Assembly (NCBI GenBank): GCA_030704615.1
Contig: CM060731.1
Span: 9,052,001-9,116,000 of the forward strand
Length of the DNA stretch: 64,000 nucleotides
Source: Takakia lepidozioides
Taxonomy: Eukaryota > Plantae > Bryophyta
Direction: 5' to 3'
Both the position numbers and the translations under genes were made by a program. Shown one piece after another: positions 51,801 to 63,700 of the stretch (position 1 is its first letter; every line of letters starts with the position of its first letter). The notes under the pieces were generated by a model. It was not told where the DNA came from. It did not search any database and saw only the letters and a list, made by a program, of their open reading frames with translations.

Positions 51801-54513
51801 CTCACACCAAAAGCTGTGTCACTGTTAACGGACAGAAGTCCAACTTCTTTGACATAGACCAAGGTGTAGCTCAAGGATGTACTCTCTCCCCTCTGCTCTT
51901 CAATGTTTTCATCAATCAACTCCTCGAGGATGTGGAAAGTGAGGGATTTGGGTTAAGGGTGGGTGATACCACCATACCAGCCCTTATGTTTGCGGATGAC
52001 TTCGCAGGCATAGGGGAGACTCCAACCAATCTCCAGGAGTTGATTGATTGCGCGAAGAGATACTTTGATCTTTGGGGGCTAGAGGCTAATGTCAGCAAAT
52101 GTGCAGTGGTAGCATTCAACGACAGAGGAGAGGGAGGAAGTGATCTTAAGTGGCAGTGGGGTAGCCAAGAGATCCCGGTCCTCCCTTCCTACACTTACCT
52201 GGGCGTTGAGTTCTCCTCCAATTGTAATTGGGATGCACATATCCGGAAAGTTGTTCAAACTGGCAAGGGCAAAGCTCTGGGGCTCACTAAATTTTTCCAC
52301 TGCAGAGGGGTCAACTCTCATGCTTTGTCGCGTTATTAGACCTGCCTTGGAGTACGGATCTGCTATATGGGTTGATTACTCCAACCAGGCTAAGTCTCTA
52401 GAATCCATTCAAGTGGGGGTGCTTAAGGAGTGTATGTCAGCATGCTCCAAAACAGCCAATGTGGCTGTTCGGGGTGAGTTTGGCATTCCGTCCTTAAGCT
52501 CCCGACGAGATGAATTCAAGGTCAGATGGTGGGGTCAGCTGCAACATATGCCCAACACGAGATATCCTAAGTTAATCGACTTTATATCTTGGAAACAGGA
52601 CTGCCCTGTCAAACAGGCCAAGTCCTGGCAGAAGAGAGTAGAAGAGATCCTCAAGGACCTGGACCTGGATCCGCAAGTCTTGACCCTGCTGGATAAATCT
52701 GACTTAGAGGCTGTAGTGTCCTCAGCCATGTCTGTTGCCATGAGATTGTCTGATGAAAATGAAGTTAGGCAGAAAACTTCCCTGAACTTGTTTCCAGTCT
52801 GTGACATGGGGGAGGACATCTTGGATGACCTCAAGGGTCTACCCACTCTCGGCACTAGACTGAAATTTAAACTCAGGGCAGGAAGCCTACCTTTGAACAG
52901 CAAACAGAAGCAGAGAGGAAAGGGAGAGTGCAATTGCCCGTTGTGTGGGCAATCTGAAGACAGTATTCATTTTCTGATACACTCTCCGGGGTTCTCTCAC
53001 CAAAGAGACGCTCTCTTCAAAATTGTGCCTGTACCCCTGTTTACCAACTTTGAAAGTCTCGAGGCTGAGCCAAAAGCCCAGGCCCTCCTGAGGCCTAGTT
53101 TTTGGGCAAATCACACACAGCAGATTGATGCTTGTGTGACGGGATTTCTAGAGGATATCTGGAAAACCCGGATTAATTCTTTATATGGAGGTAAGTCTTA
53201 CTACCAACGTCAGCCCCTGACAGAGGTAGGTTCTGTCCCTTTTGTTCCCGCTCAAACTGGGCGCGGGGTCAATGGCCACAAGGCTACGGCAAACAACGTC
53301 TTATGAGTACAATCTCTCCTAGATTGTATTTTCTTCAATTTGACCCTTTCCCATGGCCGTGGGAATTTTCCAGAGCAACTTCTGTGAAGAAAAACCCTCA
53401 ATCTTAGCCATAGCAACGTTAAGGACAACCTCTTGGGAGACGTTAGTTATACAACCAGTGATTAGCTTTACACAGTGCACCTCTGTTATGCCAAAATGAC
53501 TGATTACTCATTCCATAATGGATTGAAGACTTTCACAATCGTCTCAAAGACACTATTCTTGTTGCCAAGCATGCTTTTTCTATGATGTTTCTCCATGAAG
53601 GTGGAATGCTTCTGAATATCCTGTCCCGTCCTTCATAAAAAGTTGGAATGGGGTAACTCAGCAAAAGGCACCCACTGAAGCCCTCCTAGCTTTTCAAGTA
53701 ATTATTCCTCGACCTGACCTCATTTTGCTCTACTCTAGGCTTACCAGATTATATTCTTGTATTAGAGTCCTCTATGACAACTGAGAATGTGTCGAGGTCT
53801 TCTTACTCTTAAGATATGTTTAGGTGGTTCCTAGCTCACTAAGCAACCCACTCAAAGAGGAATCCATAGCAAAACCCTAACATGATGACTTTGTACAACC
53901 ATTACAAGATAGACTTGGGCAGGAAAGTTGGAGTATCTAGTTAGAGGAGTGTCTCTAGTTGGAGCTTTCTTGTGAGGATGGAGGATGGAAGATGATTTAT
54001 ATCCCCCCTACATTTTTGGACAATTATTGGCTAATTACCAACCAACTGTGTGCAGGTGAGGATGTGGGCCAGACCATGGAAATCTCAACTGGAGCTGTGG
54101 CTGGAGCTGCGGAACCTATTGTTGCTAACTCTCCAGCATCAGTGAAAGAGGGGGTAAAGCTGGAGGTTGTGGATGGAAGTCCCCTTAGTCAGCACAAGGA
54201 AGTCCATGCAGATGGCTCTCAGAGTAAGGAGGAGGATATGGAGGAGCCTAGGGATGGGGAGCAGGTTAGGAAAGACCGTAAGGAGAAGAAGAGGAAAAAA
54301 CATGACAAGCACAGTGATCCTGATTACCAGGAGAGGAAGCGCAAGCGTCGAGAAGAGAAAGGTCAGCGTCACAAAGAGAAAGATGGGCGGAAATCCTCCA
54401 AAGTTGAGGAGAGAACAATGGATGAGATGGTCGGTGCCTCTGAAGCTATAAAGCTAGAGCCTGATTCCAGCCAAAAACTGAGACTGAAAATTAAGAAACC
54501 GAAGACCACTTAA
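36839..54513 (+). CDS. TAF2: Transcription initiation factor TFIID subunit 2, about 27 exons
   Basis: MAKQRKQK start (36839); [10 protein letters not shown]...IYGHTEL; [14 protein letters not shown]; [18 protein letters not shown]; [12 protein letters not shown] (M1-peptidase fold lacking HExxH); [19 protein letters not shown]; [13 protein letters not shown]; [12 protein letters not shown]; Lys/Arg-rich last exon 54056-54513. Exons are bounded by GT-AG. Confidence 0.95.
39523..39570 (-). repeat. Copy of the non-LTR/SINE 3'-tail motif in a TAF2 intron
   Basis: Reverse complement reads AAGCTCTTTGAGCTTTCTGCCGACGTTATAAAGTTCCATTTCTTTCA. Confidence 0.6.
47600..48075 (+). mobile_element. Degraded internal fragment of the same LINE family as 50070-53306
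   Basis: Aligns by eye with ~51050-51560 ([35 protein letters not shown]), with stops and deletions. Confidence 0.8.
50070..53306 (+). mobile_element. 5'-truncated non-LTR retrotransposon (LINE; APE + RT + C-terminal Zn finger), frameshifted, in the last TAF2 intron
   Basis: APE motifs [20 protein letters not shown]; RT motifs [38 protein letters not shown]; CPLC...H. Frameshifts near 50180, 51241 and 52325. Confidence 0.92.
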
Positions 54514-55019
54514 AATCACCAGCCCAGTCCAGCTTCTGCTTCTCATGTGGCTGGGTCAGAGGTAAGTACATGTTGCTACACCCCGTTCACAAATACATTA
54601 GGTGTGCAAATGATCTGGGGTTTTAAAGGACTCATTTTGCCAGAAGCCAACATATTACCGCATTGGTCATAGAAACAAATTTTGTATTCTTTCCTCAATC
54701 ATTCGAGAAAAATGACTACTAGATCCCCAGTGAACCCTGATGTTTAGCTTGCCCCTGGTGACCGGGCTAGGGTGCTATCCAATCAACGTTGATGACAGCC
54801 TCGTGGCCTTCTGCCACTGTTATTTTTTCCATGACCTCTTAATTCAATTGAAAGGGCTACAATCCCCCTTTTCTTTCATTGCTTTCACTAACAATCCTCT
54901 TGACACGGTGTGTAAGGTCCTTTGACCACATTTTCTCTTCAACATGATGCATAGTCTCTCTTCTACGTAAAAAATCGCCTCGAAATTTCCTTTGCTAAAT
55001 TCGTTACCTTTCCAAATGT

Positions 55020-55550
55020 TTCATTCCGGTGCTGATCCCATCAAACAAGTCCAGAAGACAAATGCCTTCATCCCGATACTGCCACATAATAGGTGTGGTG
55101 TCCAATGGAGACAACTGAGGTGGTCCTGGTGCACTTCCCACACTCTCCTCCTCTCCTGACAGTACAAAAGCCTCCACCCAAGCTTGTTGCACCCGTCGAT
55201 CAGCATTCCGCTGTAAATCCTTGCTCGTGCCCCACAATGGAGTGTGAGCAACCATGGTAGGCAACTCCGCCATACCATACATGTCATCCTGCTTTCCCGG
55301 AGGTGGCACATCCTCTGAATGAGCGTTGCCATCAAGCAACTCTCTAGGCCAACTCACTGCCGTTGTGAATGCTGCTAGTGTCGGCATCTTGCCTCGCTAG
55401 GCAATCGCAACTCCTCCTATGAACGTCACAGAGAGCTGCACATGCCGGCCCTCCCCTGACTGTCATCCAGGCCTATAGGAAGCTGACTCCTCCCAAAAAT
55501 CCAGGGTGAAGCCCATGGGGTACAACACTGCACCTTACAGCAACCATAAC
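55020..55550 (-). mobile_element. Fragment of the DNMT-carrying Gypsy-type family (protease to DNMT junction)
   Basis: Collinear with ~63280-63815; translation ends ...DEGICLLDLFDGISTG. Confidence 0.85.
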
Positions 55551-55869
55551 ACACCTAGGGCCTTCCAAAGTTCATAAGATGATGATTTTGGGGGCCTTGT
55601 TCATGTTCGCACGTGCACACATTCTTAAATGGTGAAGGGCCTCATCAGCTGCCATTCCCCTACACAGGAGAGAGCCAAGAAACATAATAATGAAGCCAAA
55701 AGAATAAAATGTCATTCAAACAATCTAAATTAACAAGAAATTGGTTGTTATGCTGGTGAAATGATGTGCAAGGGTGAGTTCATTTTGCTGATATGGAGCC
55801 TCTTTTTCGATGATGGTGTTTATATCACAAATTGAAAGTATATTGACATGAGAAACCTCGCCTGGTTTT

Positions 55870-56600
55870 TCCAGTACTATGTGCAACTTTGGCATGCAAG
55901 TTTGTACAGGTTCAGGTTGAGACCAGTGTTGGTCTGGCATGGGTATCAGACCCAAGTATCAACGCTGGTATCAACCCTGGTATCATAGACCATTAAGTTC
56001 TACAATACCAGGTCATATACCAAACCAGCCACAATACCAGTAACCCCCGCCCTCTTCCTCATTTACTCTGGCATGTGTATTATACTAGTTTATGTGGACA
56101 TACATGTACTTATTTATATTTACTTTATATTTATTGTATTTGTTTTCACTTGATATTTGATAAACTTGTAAGTCAAATGGCTTTTGAATGATACCAGAAT
56201 TGATATCCCATACCAGCTGGTATTGTGATCATGATACTCATACTCATACCAGTATCTGGAAAAAAAATACATCCACCATTATATAGACCAGACTAGTATG
56301 AAAGTTTTGTGATTGGGCTGGTACCAGAACCAGTCTGGTATGTAAAAAACCTGATAACAGACCAACACTGGTTGAGACCAGTGTTGGTCGGGTATTACTT
56401 TTTTTAATACCAGCCAGTTCCTGGTATTGGATGGGAAAAAATAAAAAATAAAAAAAATCAATACCAGCCGGTTCCATAGTATTGGAATATTCACTTAATT
56501 TTAATATCCGCCAGTTCTCAATTCTCAATAGCAGTATGATTTTAGATTTGTGGACGGGTATCAATAGGATGGGTATTCCAATCGTAATACCCTACTACTG
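55870..56600. repeat. ATACCAG/CTGGTAT-rich MITE-like repeat with an internal hairpin
   Basis: Many ATACCAG words on both strands; perfect GACCAACACTGGT-TGAG-ACCAGTGTTGGTC at 56360-56389; related segment near 55915-55935. Confidence 0.5.
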
Positions 56601-56789
56601 TTATCAACCCGGATATAAATCATTAATATGCCTTTAATTTAGAGGCATACTTGATTTCACAAAGAAATCAAATATTCTGCAGTAAAATTCAGACTTTGCA
56701 TTACATAATAATGTTGCAAATTTTAGTACACAAAGTGAAGCGAGCTTGTTAAAAGACAAGTGACTGATTTAAAAAACTGAAGACAACCA

Positions 56790-56910
56790 GCAAGTAGCCC
56801 AGTGGTAATGGGCACATACCACGTTGGATGTGGTTGTGGGTTTAAACCACTATCTGGTGTGTCATGAAGGTGTCCACCTTCCTGTTATAAGAGGTAAAAA
56901 ATAAAAAAAG
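56790..56910 (+). repeat. tRNA-derived SINE-like element with A-rich tail
   Basis: A-box-like TAGCCCAGTGGTAA, B-box-like GGGTTTAAACC, tail AAAAAATAAAAAAA; homologous to 21870-21965. Confidence 0.5.
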
Positions 56911-56962
56911 AGTTGGACTAATTTAATTTAATTTAAAAAAAACTGATTCTTAAAATTAGAAG

Positions 56963-57002
<40 letters not shown>

Positions 57003-57619
57003 GGTTGCAAGCAAACATGCCAGCATCTGCAATGAGGTCCTCATATTCATCAATCGTATTGTCTTCCGACAAAAAGAAATCCGTGATCCCTTGCTCAACA
57101 ACCTTGCGCATGTCAAGTTAAATAAGCACAGTGTGAAAACAGCTAGCATAAAACTAGTTATTTGTATTTAACACTTGGATTTAGGGCAAGTGTTAAATCA
57201 GGTGTCAAGTTTAGTTTGACACCTGGTCCGTCTTATCTTCACGAGAGCGGCAGTCGCGCGGCTCATCTCTCTCGAGTTGAGCCTGCGCGACCGAGCTCCT
57301 TCATCGCTTCAGATATGAGTGTGCTTATGATGGGAGTGTAGGTTGTTGTGGGGTGGAGTCCCCATAGCTTGGGGTGCCCCTGGCTCGACTACTATTTCAA
57401 AGAGTGATGATGGTTTTGGTTTTCCAAGTGTGTTCGTTGGTTTGTTTATCACTCGAGAGAGATGACTCTATCTAGTTTTCCAGTGCTAAGCTAGATATTA
57501 TGTTTTTGTTTTTTAAGCACTATGATAATATAGCTTGGTCACAGGGATCAGAACAGGAGGCTTGAGATGTTGTTGCGATTTTCTGTCAACCTGTGGATAT
57601 ATCTAAGAGTGGGGTGTGT

Positions 57620-57994
57620 AGGCTGCGCTGCTGACTGCTTGGCTGGATGAGAGCCGTGCACCGCCGTAGGCAGGGAAGGCGTTAGCTGATCTGAAGAATC
57701 GAGCTGATTCTGCTGCCTGCACCAGCAAGAGAAATCTGGAGGATGGTACCGACCAGGCAGAGAATCTTGGCTCGACTATCCGACATCAGGCTAAGAATCT
57801 GAAAGAAGCTGTCCTTGGCTCCACATCCGATGCCAAGAAGGGTACTGAGAGTAACGTTGGTAAGGCCAAAAACTCCACCGAAGGGTGCTAGCAAGGATTT
57901 CCGTTCCACCATATCAGACGCTGCGCAAACCAGTCAGGAGAAGACAAGTGAAGCTGCCAGCAACGTCCAAGACGTTGTTTCAAGAGGCACATGA
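57620..57994 (+). pseudogene. LEA-like (hydrophilin) gene fragment
   Basis: AGKALADLKNRADSAA...QAKNLKEAVLGSTSDAKKGTESNVGKAK/ASKDFRSTISDAAQTSQEKTSEAASNVQD, with an upstream in-frame TAG (57667) and a frameshift at ~57883. The call rests on composition only. Confidence 0.4.
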
Positions 57995-58091
57995 GGCCTT
58001 CAGAAGGGGAGAAGAAGGTGAAGGATTTGGTAGCAAAGATATGAGCGCACATCGTGAGGCATTACGCAGGCTGGTGGAGTGCATGGGTTCT

Positions 58092-58530
58092 TCAAAACAA
58101 GTGCTCCAGGCCAGTTCCAAAAACAGAGCAATCCACGAAAGAAAAACCAGTGTCCATGCGAGATTCGTTCTTCTTCTGTGCAGTCAGTGAACCGAAGGTC
58201 TTCAGAAGCACGTCTTGGTCATCAAAAACACCTGCAGTGTCGTTCCAAGAAATGATGGTGTTGAACATACCATCCCCCCTGAATGTGATAGATATTGCCG
58301 GGCAAATGACCGCTTGAAACTGCGCTTGAAAATCCAGCAGACAACGCTAGTGCATTGCTCTCCGAAGCAGGAACGTCGTCTTGGTCAGATGTCTCCGCAA
58401 TGTAGCTCAACCAGTTGTCGAAATCAGTATTGACAGGCTCGTCAGGGTAGGTGGAGTCGATCTCAGCGCAGGTGCTCCCCATCCATGCCACGAAGGCCAC
58501 CAGAACCCACAGGCAGGGTCGCCTCGACAT
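58092..58530 (-). pseudogene. Pectin methylesterase gene fragment with internal deletions
   Basis: Signal peptide MSRRPCLWVLVAFVAWMGSTCA and FDNWLSYI, then after a frameshift ITFRGDGMFNTIISWNDTAG...LKTFGS joined directly to LTAQKK...DTGFSFVDCSVFGTG. The QAVAL and DFIFG catalytic segments are absent. Confidence 0.75.
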
Positions 58531-58861
58531 TTGTCTCCCATCGAACAACCTGGTAGAGGAAGACAGTCTTCAATGAAAGCCCCCCATGTGATCCCAGCAT
58601 GAGGGTGAAGAGACAGATGTGCGAGTCGTGCTCGAAATTGTCAATCTTAGTGCGGAAAGTAGGGATTGGGCTGTTGTCAATTGGATTTTTCGCCATGAAG
58701 ATATCAATGTCATTTGCAGTTATCCATAAGGATTCCATATTGATGCCGTCATTTGCCGTGACAAGAAATGAAGGGGAGGGAAGTCGCCTGTAAATCATGG
58801 GAGTGATGCAGGTAGACTTGGGGTCAGCTTGAGAGAGGTTGAGTGGACAACCTTTGAGAGC

Positions 58862-58960
58862 AAGGGCTGGGAAGGGCTGAGCAGAACCAGGAGCTGGTAG
58901 GAGCTGACTGAGCAGAATCAGGAGCTGGTAGGAGCTGACGGAGCAGAACCAGGAGCAGGC
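58862..58960. repeat. Tandem repeat of ~31 bp (GCAGAACCAGGAGCTGGTAGGAGCTGAC), about 3 copies
   Basis: Direct repeats visible near 58880, 58912 and 58942. Confidence 0.7.
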
Positions 58961-60786
58961 ATCTCTGCTGCATGGCTTTGGAGATTGACGAGCATGCAAG
59001 CTGCTCATGCGCAACCCTTTGATCAGGTCTTTGATCGGCCGAATCGGCCAACACCCCACACCACCTCCTTGTTCCTGCTTGCTCGCGCAGGCTTGGCCAT
59101 CGCTGCCCTCGTCTGCGTCCGCCTTGCCTCTCTCTCTCCCTGGGCGATGGCGAACATGAAGCCCCGTGAGAGCAAAGACCCGGAGTCAGCATAGTCGGGG
59201 AACGGCCTCGGGAACCCGTAGATAACCAGGGACAGGGAACCTAGACAAGTATTAAAAAAAAAAATTATTAAAAAAAAAAAAAAAGCCTTTTGATCTAATT
59301 TAAATGTTTAAAGAGCCTGGTTGGTCATGTCTTTGTCAAATGAGCTCCGTTTGACTCAGTTTTTGAGGGGATAGCTGCAGAAAGGGGATATCTACCTATC
59401 TAGACCTGGTTTTTGTTTTTGGGACTCTGCTAAAAATCTATGGAATTTTTAGAGTGTGAGTGTGCTATGAAAGATCCACAATCCTGTCTCTAGAACCTGT
59501 GCTGGTCTATATGAGAGACAAATTGGTGGATGTACTCCTTGCATGGCTGGGGGAAATGAGGACGTAATTGAAGGGCAGGTCTCTTCTCTTAGTCTGTGCA
59601 CACAAGGGGACAGGATTTATGTTTCCCAAGGAACTCAGACTGATTGAGTGGAGAACAGTTGGACGAGTTGATTGCATATTGGGAGTCAGGCATTAGCAGT
59701 AAGACAACAGACTGCTGTAGTTGGCATTGAGGGCCTCAATATCGCCTTGGACAGTCAGAACTCTGTTGGAGCCAGCAGTTCTGCAGCTGTAGGTGAAATA
59801 CCAAAGTGGGTGAAAGCTAGGCTTGGAACAAGCCAAAGACAGCCCCGGGGACCAAGGTGTTCAGCCACAAGGCCGTGGTGTACTGGAGCAGAGGAGCAGG
59901 AGCTACACAAGTTGTGCAATCATGACATGGTTGCAGCCGGATACGCTCTGCATAGGGCAACCACGAGCGGGGTTCATCAGCAATGACATGTTTGTTGTGC
60001 GTGAAGGAGATGCACTCATTCGCAATGGGACACACCGCAACTGTCTCAAAGCTTTCGAGTTGAGAGACTATCAGACCCTACCTTTGTTTTGTTTAGTTGT
60101 TCAATGAGCGGAAGTATAGGGGAGTATTGCTTGTCTCTACCTGGGCGAGAGGAGGAGGTTGGAGAGCGAGCGAGCTACTGTAGCTTGGGACAAGGTTAGT
60201 GGTAGGTTTCTGGACATAGATATACCTCCTACACCTTACCATCACGCAGAGCGAGGCACTTTGAGAGAAGTCTGGAAGTTGATAGCATAGATCAGGATTA
60301 GATCTTGCTTGGGCTGGGCTTCTATTCTTCCCCTCCATCTCTGTACTATTTTCATTACCTTGTACTCGTAGTTGCCAAAGCCTCTCTTGGTGGAGGCCAG
60401 TCAGTCCGGGGTTTTGGGCTGGGATATTCTGCAGGATCAGCATTGCAGCTGGATTTTGGTGTGGGGTGTTGATGTTTTGATTTCTTGTGTTTGGATCCCC
60501 CCCAACACCTGCATGCTTGACTGTGCGCCATGTTGGTTGTGTGGGCGCTTGCTTTCAATAGGGATTAGGCCGGATTTGATCACCGGTCAATCCTTAGGTA
60601 TGCTGTCGGTGGTGAGGCTGGAGTGATGACCAGCAAGACCACCAGTGTTTCTTCTATGTGAGGCTGGGTTGATGACCAGCCAACCATAGGAGTTCTGCGG
60701 TGGATGCAGGTGCAGGTGCCCTGAGCCATTGGGATATGACCTCGTAAACTGCAACAGGTGCCACCCCGTGTCACTATTAGAATTAG

Positions 60787-63700
60787 TAGTACTAGAGCCT
60801 TATAGTGTCACGTGTGGAGAGGGCACATTGTGAGTGTCATTACGGAGTTACCCAAGGGTTTTAGGGGAGTACGGCTACAGGCAGTAACAATGAGAGTGGA
60901 TTCACAAGACGAGGTATTCGTTCAGACCACCTTCACCGCCACCCTCAATTACTGTAGAGTCAGACACAGGACTCGGAGGCTTCATCAACAGGTGTGCACT
61001 TTCATTCGCCATTGTTGTGGGACGACATGGAGGAGATGTATGGAGCTACCAAGGGGCCTCGTAGGTACTCTGGAGCTGTGGGCACAACGAGTTGGATGAC
61101 TTTATCCAGGAGTTCGACAGCTGGTGTGATTTGCAGCAGATGCGCAATCCACAGCTATTCACCCCATTCATGGCGTGGAAGGGACTGTTCCAGCATTTGG
61201 AAGGCCCACCTATGGACGCTTACCACGAGTTCAGGCGAGGACATGAAGCAGAGATTGAGGAGTGGAGGATGTATTGGTCACCTGACTACGTCTCCATTAC
61301 TCGAGGCACGACGCGACCAGTAGCTGCATCAGTACCAATAGCTCCCACTGCCAGCACTAGTAGTGGAGCAAGTAGTGCTGGCTTATCTTCTGTAGGTGGT
61401 ACCAGTTAAAAGGTGCTACTACTCCTCCTGCCACGACTACTAACAAAACATGTGCCTAGATTCAACCCGGTGGTGGAGTTCTTCCAGGGTTGCGGAGGAA
61501 CTACCAAGGTGTACGGACAGAGAAGCTGCGAAGTTTGCAAGACTTCCAGCGCAAACCCAGTGAGAGCCTGCGAGAGGCGTACACTCGTTATGAGGCGCTT
61601 GATAAGTGTGACCCAAGGGGTTACTGAAGCTCAGGCAATCCAGTTTTGTAAGGAATCTGGACAAGGAGCTCAAGAGAAGTGTGCGAGATGCAACCCTGTT
61701 ACAAGCAGCCCAACCACATTAGCAGATGTGTTTCTGCTGGCTGAGACGGATTGAGCTCAACATGGTGGAGGAGCGAGTTGTACAATTGGATTTGGCAAGG
61801 ACATGCCTGTACGGGCACAGCTGTCAGCCCACAAGCACAAGGGACTGCCCAACAGCGTGGTCAGGGGGGCAAGGTTGCCCAGCCCAAGTTCCATGGAGCT
61901 TACAGGGGACCTCAGGTGCAGAGGCCCGTGGCATCTTTTGCAGGCCAACAGCCACCAGGGGTGATATGTTGGACATGTGGAGGACCCCATGTCAAGAGAG
62001 ATTGCCCAGAGAGTAGCAAAAGGCCGGCACAAGCACAACCTGCCACAGTTGCAATGTGGGCATTGTGGCAAGTATGGGCATGGAGATGCCCAGGGTTATG
62101 ACTTGCATCCTGAGTTGCGCCCAGGCCAATTCCAAGGGAACAATGGTGGCCGGGGGCGAGGTGGACCAGCCCAAAGAGGACGAGGTGGTCGGTGTGCACG
62201 AGGGCAGGCCAAGGCAAGCTCCACATGGCCAAGGACGCGGAGGTCAGGGTATTGACCAAGGCATGGCCAATCGGCTTCAGCAGCTAGAGCAGGGCTCGGG
62301 CCATGGCTATAGCTCAGGCTGGCGGTATGGTCTACGGCTCCTCAGACCGTGGTCACCCCCCCTCCTACCCGAGGGAGGAGATATGGGAGGTATGGGATTC
62401 ATGTGCGGAGCAGCACTATCATAGAGCAGGTGGAGTCTGCTGAAGCCGTGACTCGAGGAGCAGCACGAGTTCCTTAGCCACGAGGTGCAGAGGTGGGATT
62501 GGATCCATAGCGTGGGGAGGCAAGCCGTCAGGCGAGGCTTACTCAGTCATTCACCTGGCGGAGACTGTGTCGAGCATCCATGGCACCTAGTTCTCGCCCG
62601 ACTATTACCAGGCGGAGGTTACTATGCCATTGGGGAGAGCTACACGTGCAGCATTGACTCCTGCTGCCAAGGCTAGTGCGGCCGGTGTGTTATTGGGGGC
62701 AGCCACCTCTGTGTGTCAGGCCCCACTGTTCTCGGCAACACATGATTGCGAGTCGGGGGTGAGACCAGCTGCAGTGTTCAGACTAGCAGCAACACTCTGT
62801 GAGAGTGGGGAGGTCACTTCATCTTCTGCGGAGTTAGTGGAAGGTGTAGTGGCAGAGGGATCCTCGGATTTGAGGGTCAAGACTGCCACGGCTGCGCCAT
62901 GGCAAGCTGCAGCTGCCAGGTTGACGGAGCTGCCAGCTAGGCCCGCCTTTGAGCGCCAATGGTGACACCTGGAGTGTCTGTTAGACACCATGGATGGTAT
63001 TCTCTTTGAGTGGACCGGCAGGCAAGAAGTACCGGCCCACTGCGGGTCTTGTTGGACTCGGAGAGATCAGACCACTGATGTTGGGCAGAGCTGTATTTGC
63101 AGGTTTGGGCTCAGGGAGGCGGATATGGAGCCTTGTCCTTTCCAGATACAGACATCTCTGGGAGGATCAGAGCAGGCTCGGGCGCATGACATGGCATCAG
63201 TTGGTCATTAGACTGCAAGCGGATCATCCTACGATGGCTCGTAATGCGAGCCAAGGCCATTGTGACAAGGTCGCAATCTCTTACGATGTCCTCGTTGGTG
63301 GGGCAGTGTTATACCCCATGGGCTTAACCTGGACTTTTGGGAGGAGTCAGCATCCTACAGGCCTTGGAGACAGTCAGGCGCGTATGGTCGCCGTGCACAA
63401 CTCCCTGTGACATTCATGGGGGTATGCGAGCGTGCACATGCGGGGCAAGATGCCAACACTAGCCGCCTTTACAGCTGCAGTTAGTTGGCCTGGAGAGTTG
63501 CTGGCAAGGCAATGCCCATGCAGAGGATGTGCCACCTCCAGCAGAGCAAGATGACATGCATGGTATGGCGGAGTTGCCTGCCATGGTTGCTCACACTCCA
63601 TTGTGGGTAACGAGCAAGCATTGCAGCAGGTTGCTGATCGACGGGTACAACAAGCCTGGTACAGGCTTTTGTTCGTCAGGAGAGGAGGAGAGTGCGGGTA

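Noticed and set aside
56928-57149. Poly-Phe ORF
   Set aside because: It is an artefact of the poly-A run at ~56963-57000.
59300-60785. Precisely defined 5' LTR
   Set aside because: No second LTR is in the window and no clear TG...CA boundaries are visible; only a degenerate PBS-like motif supports it.
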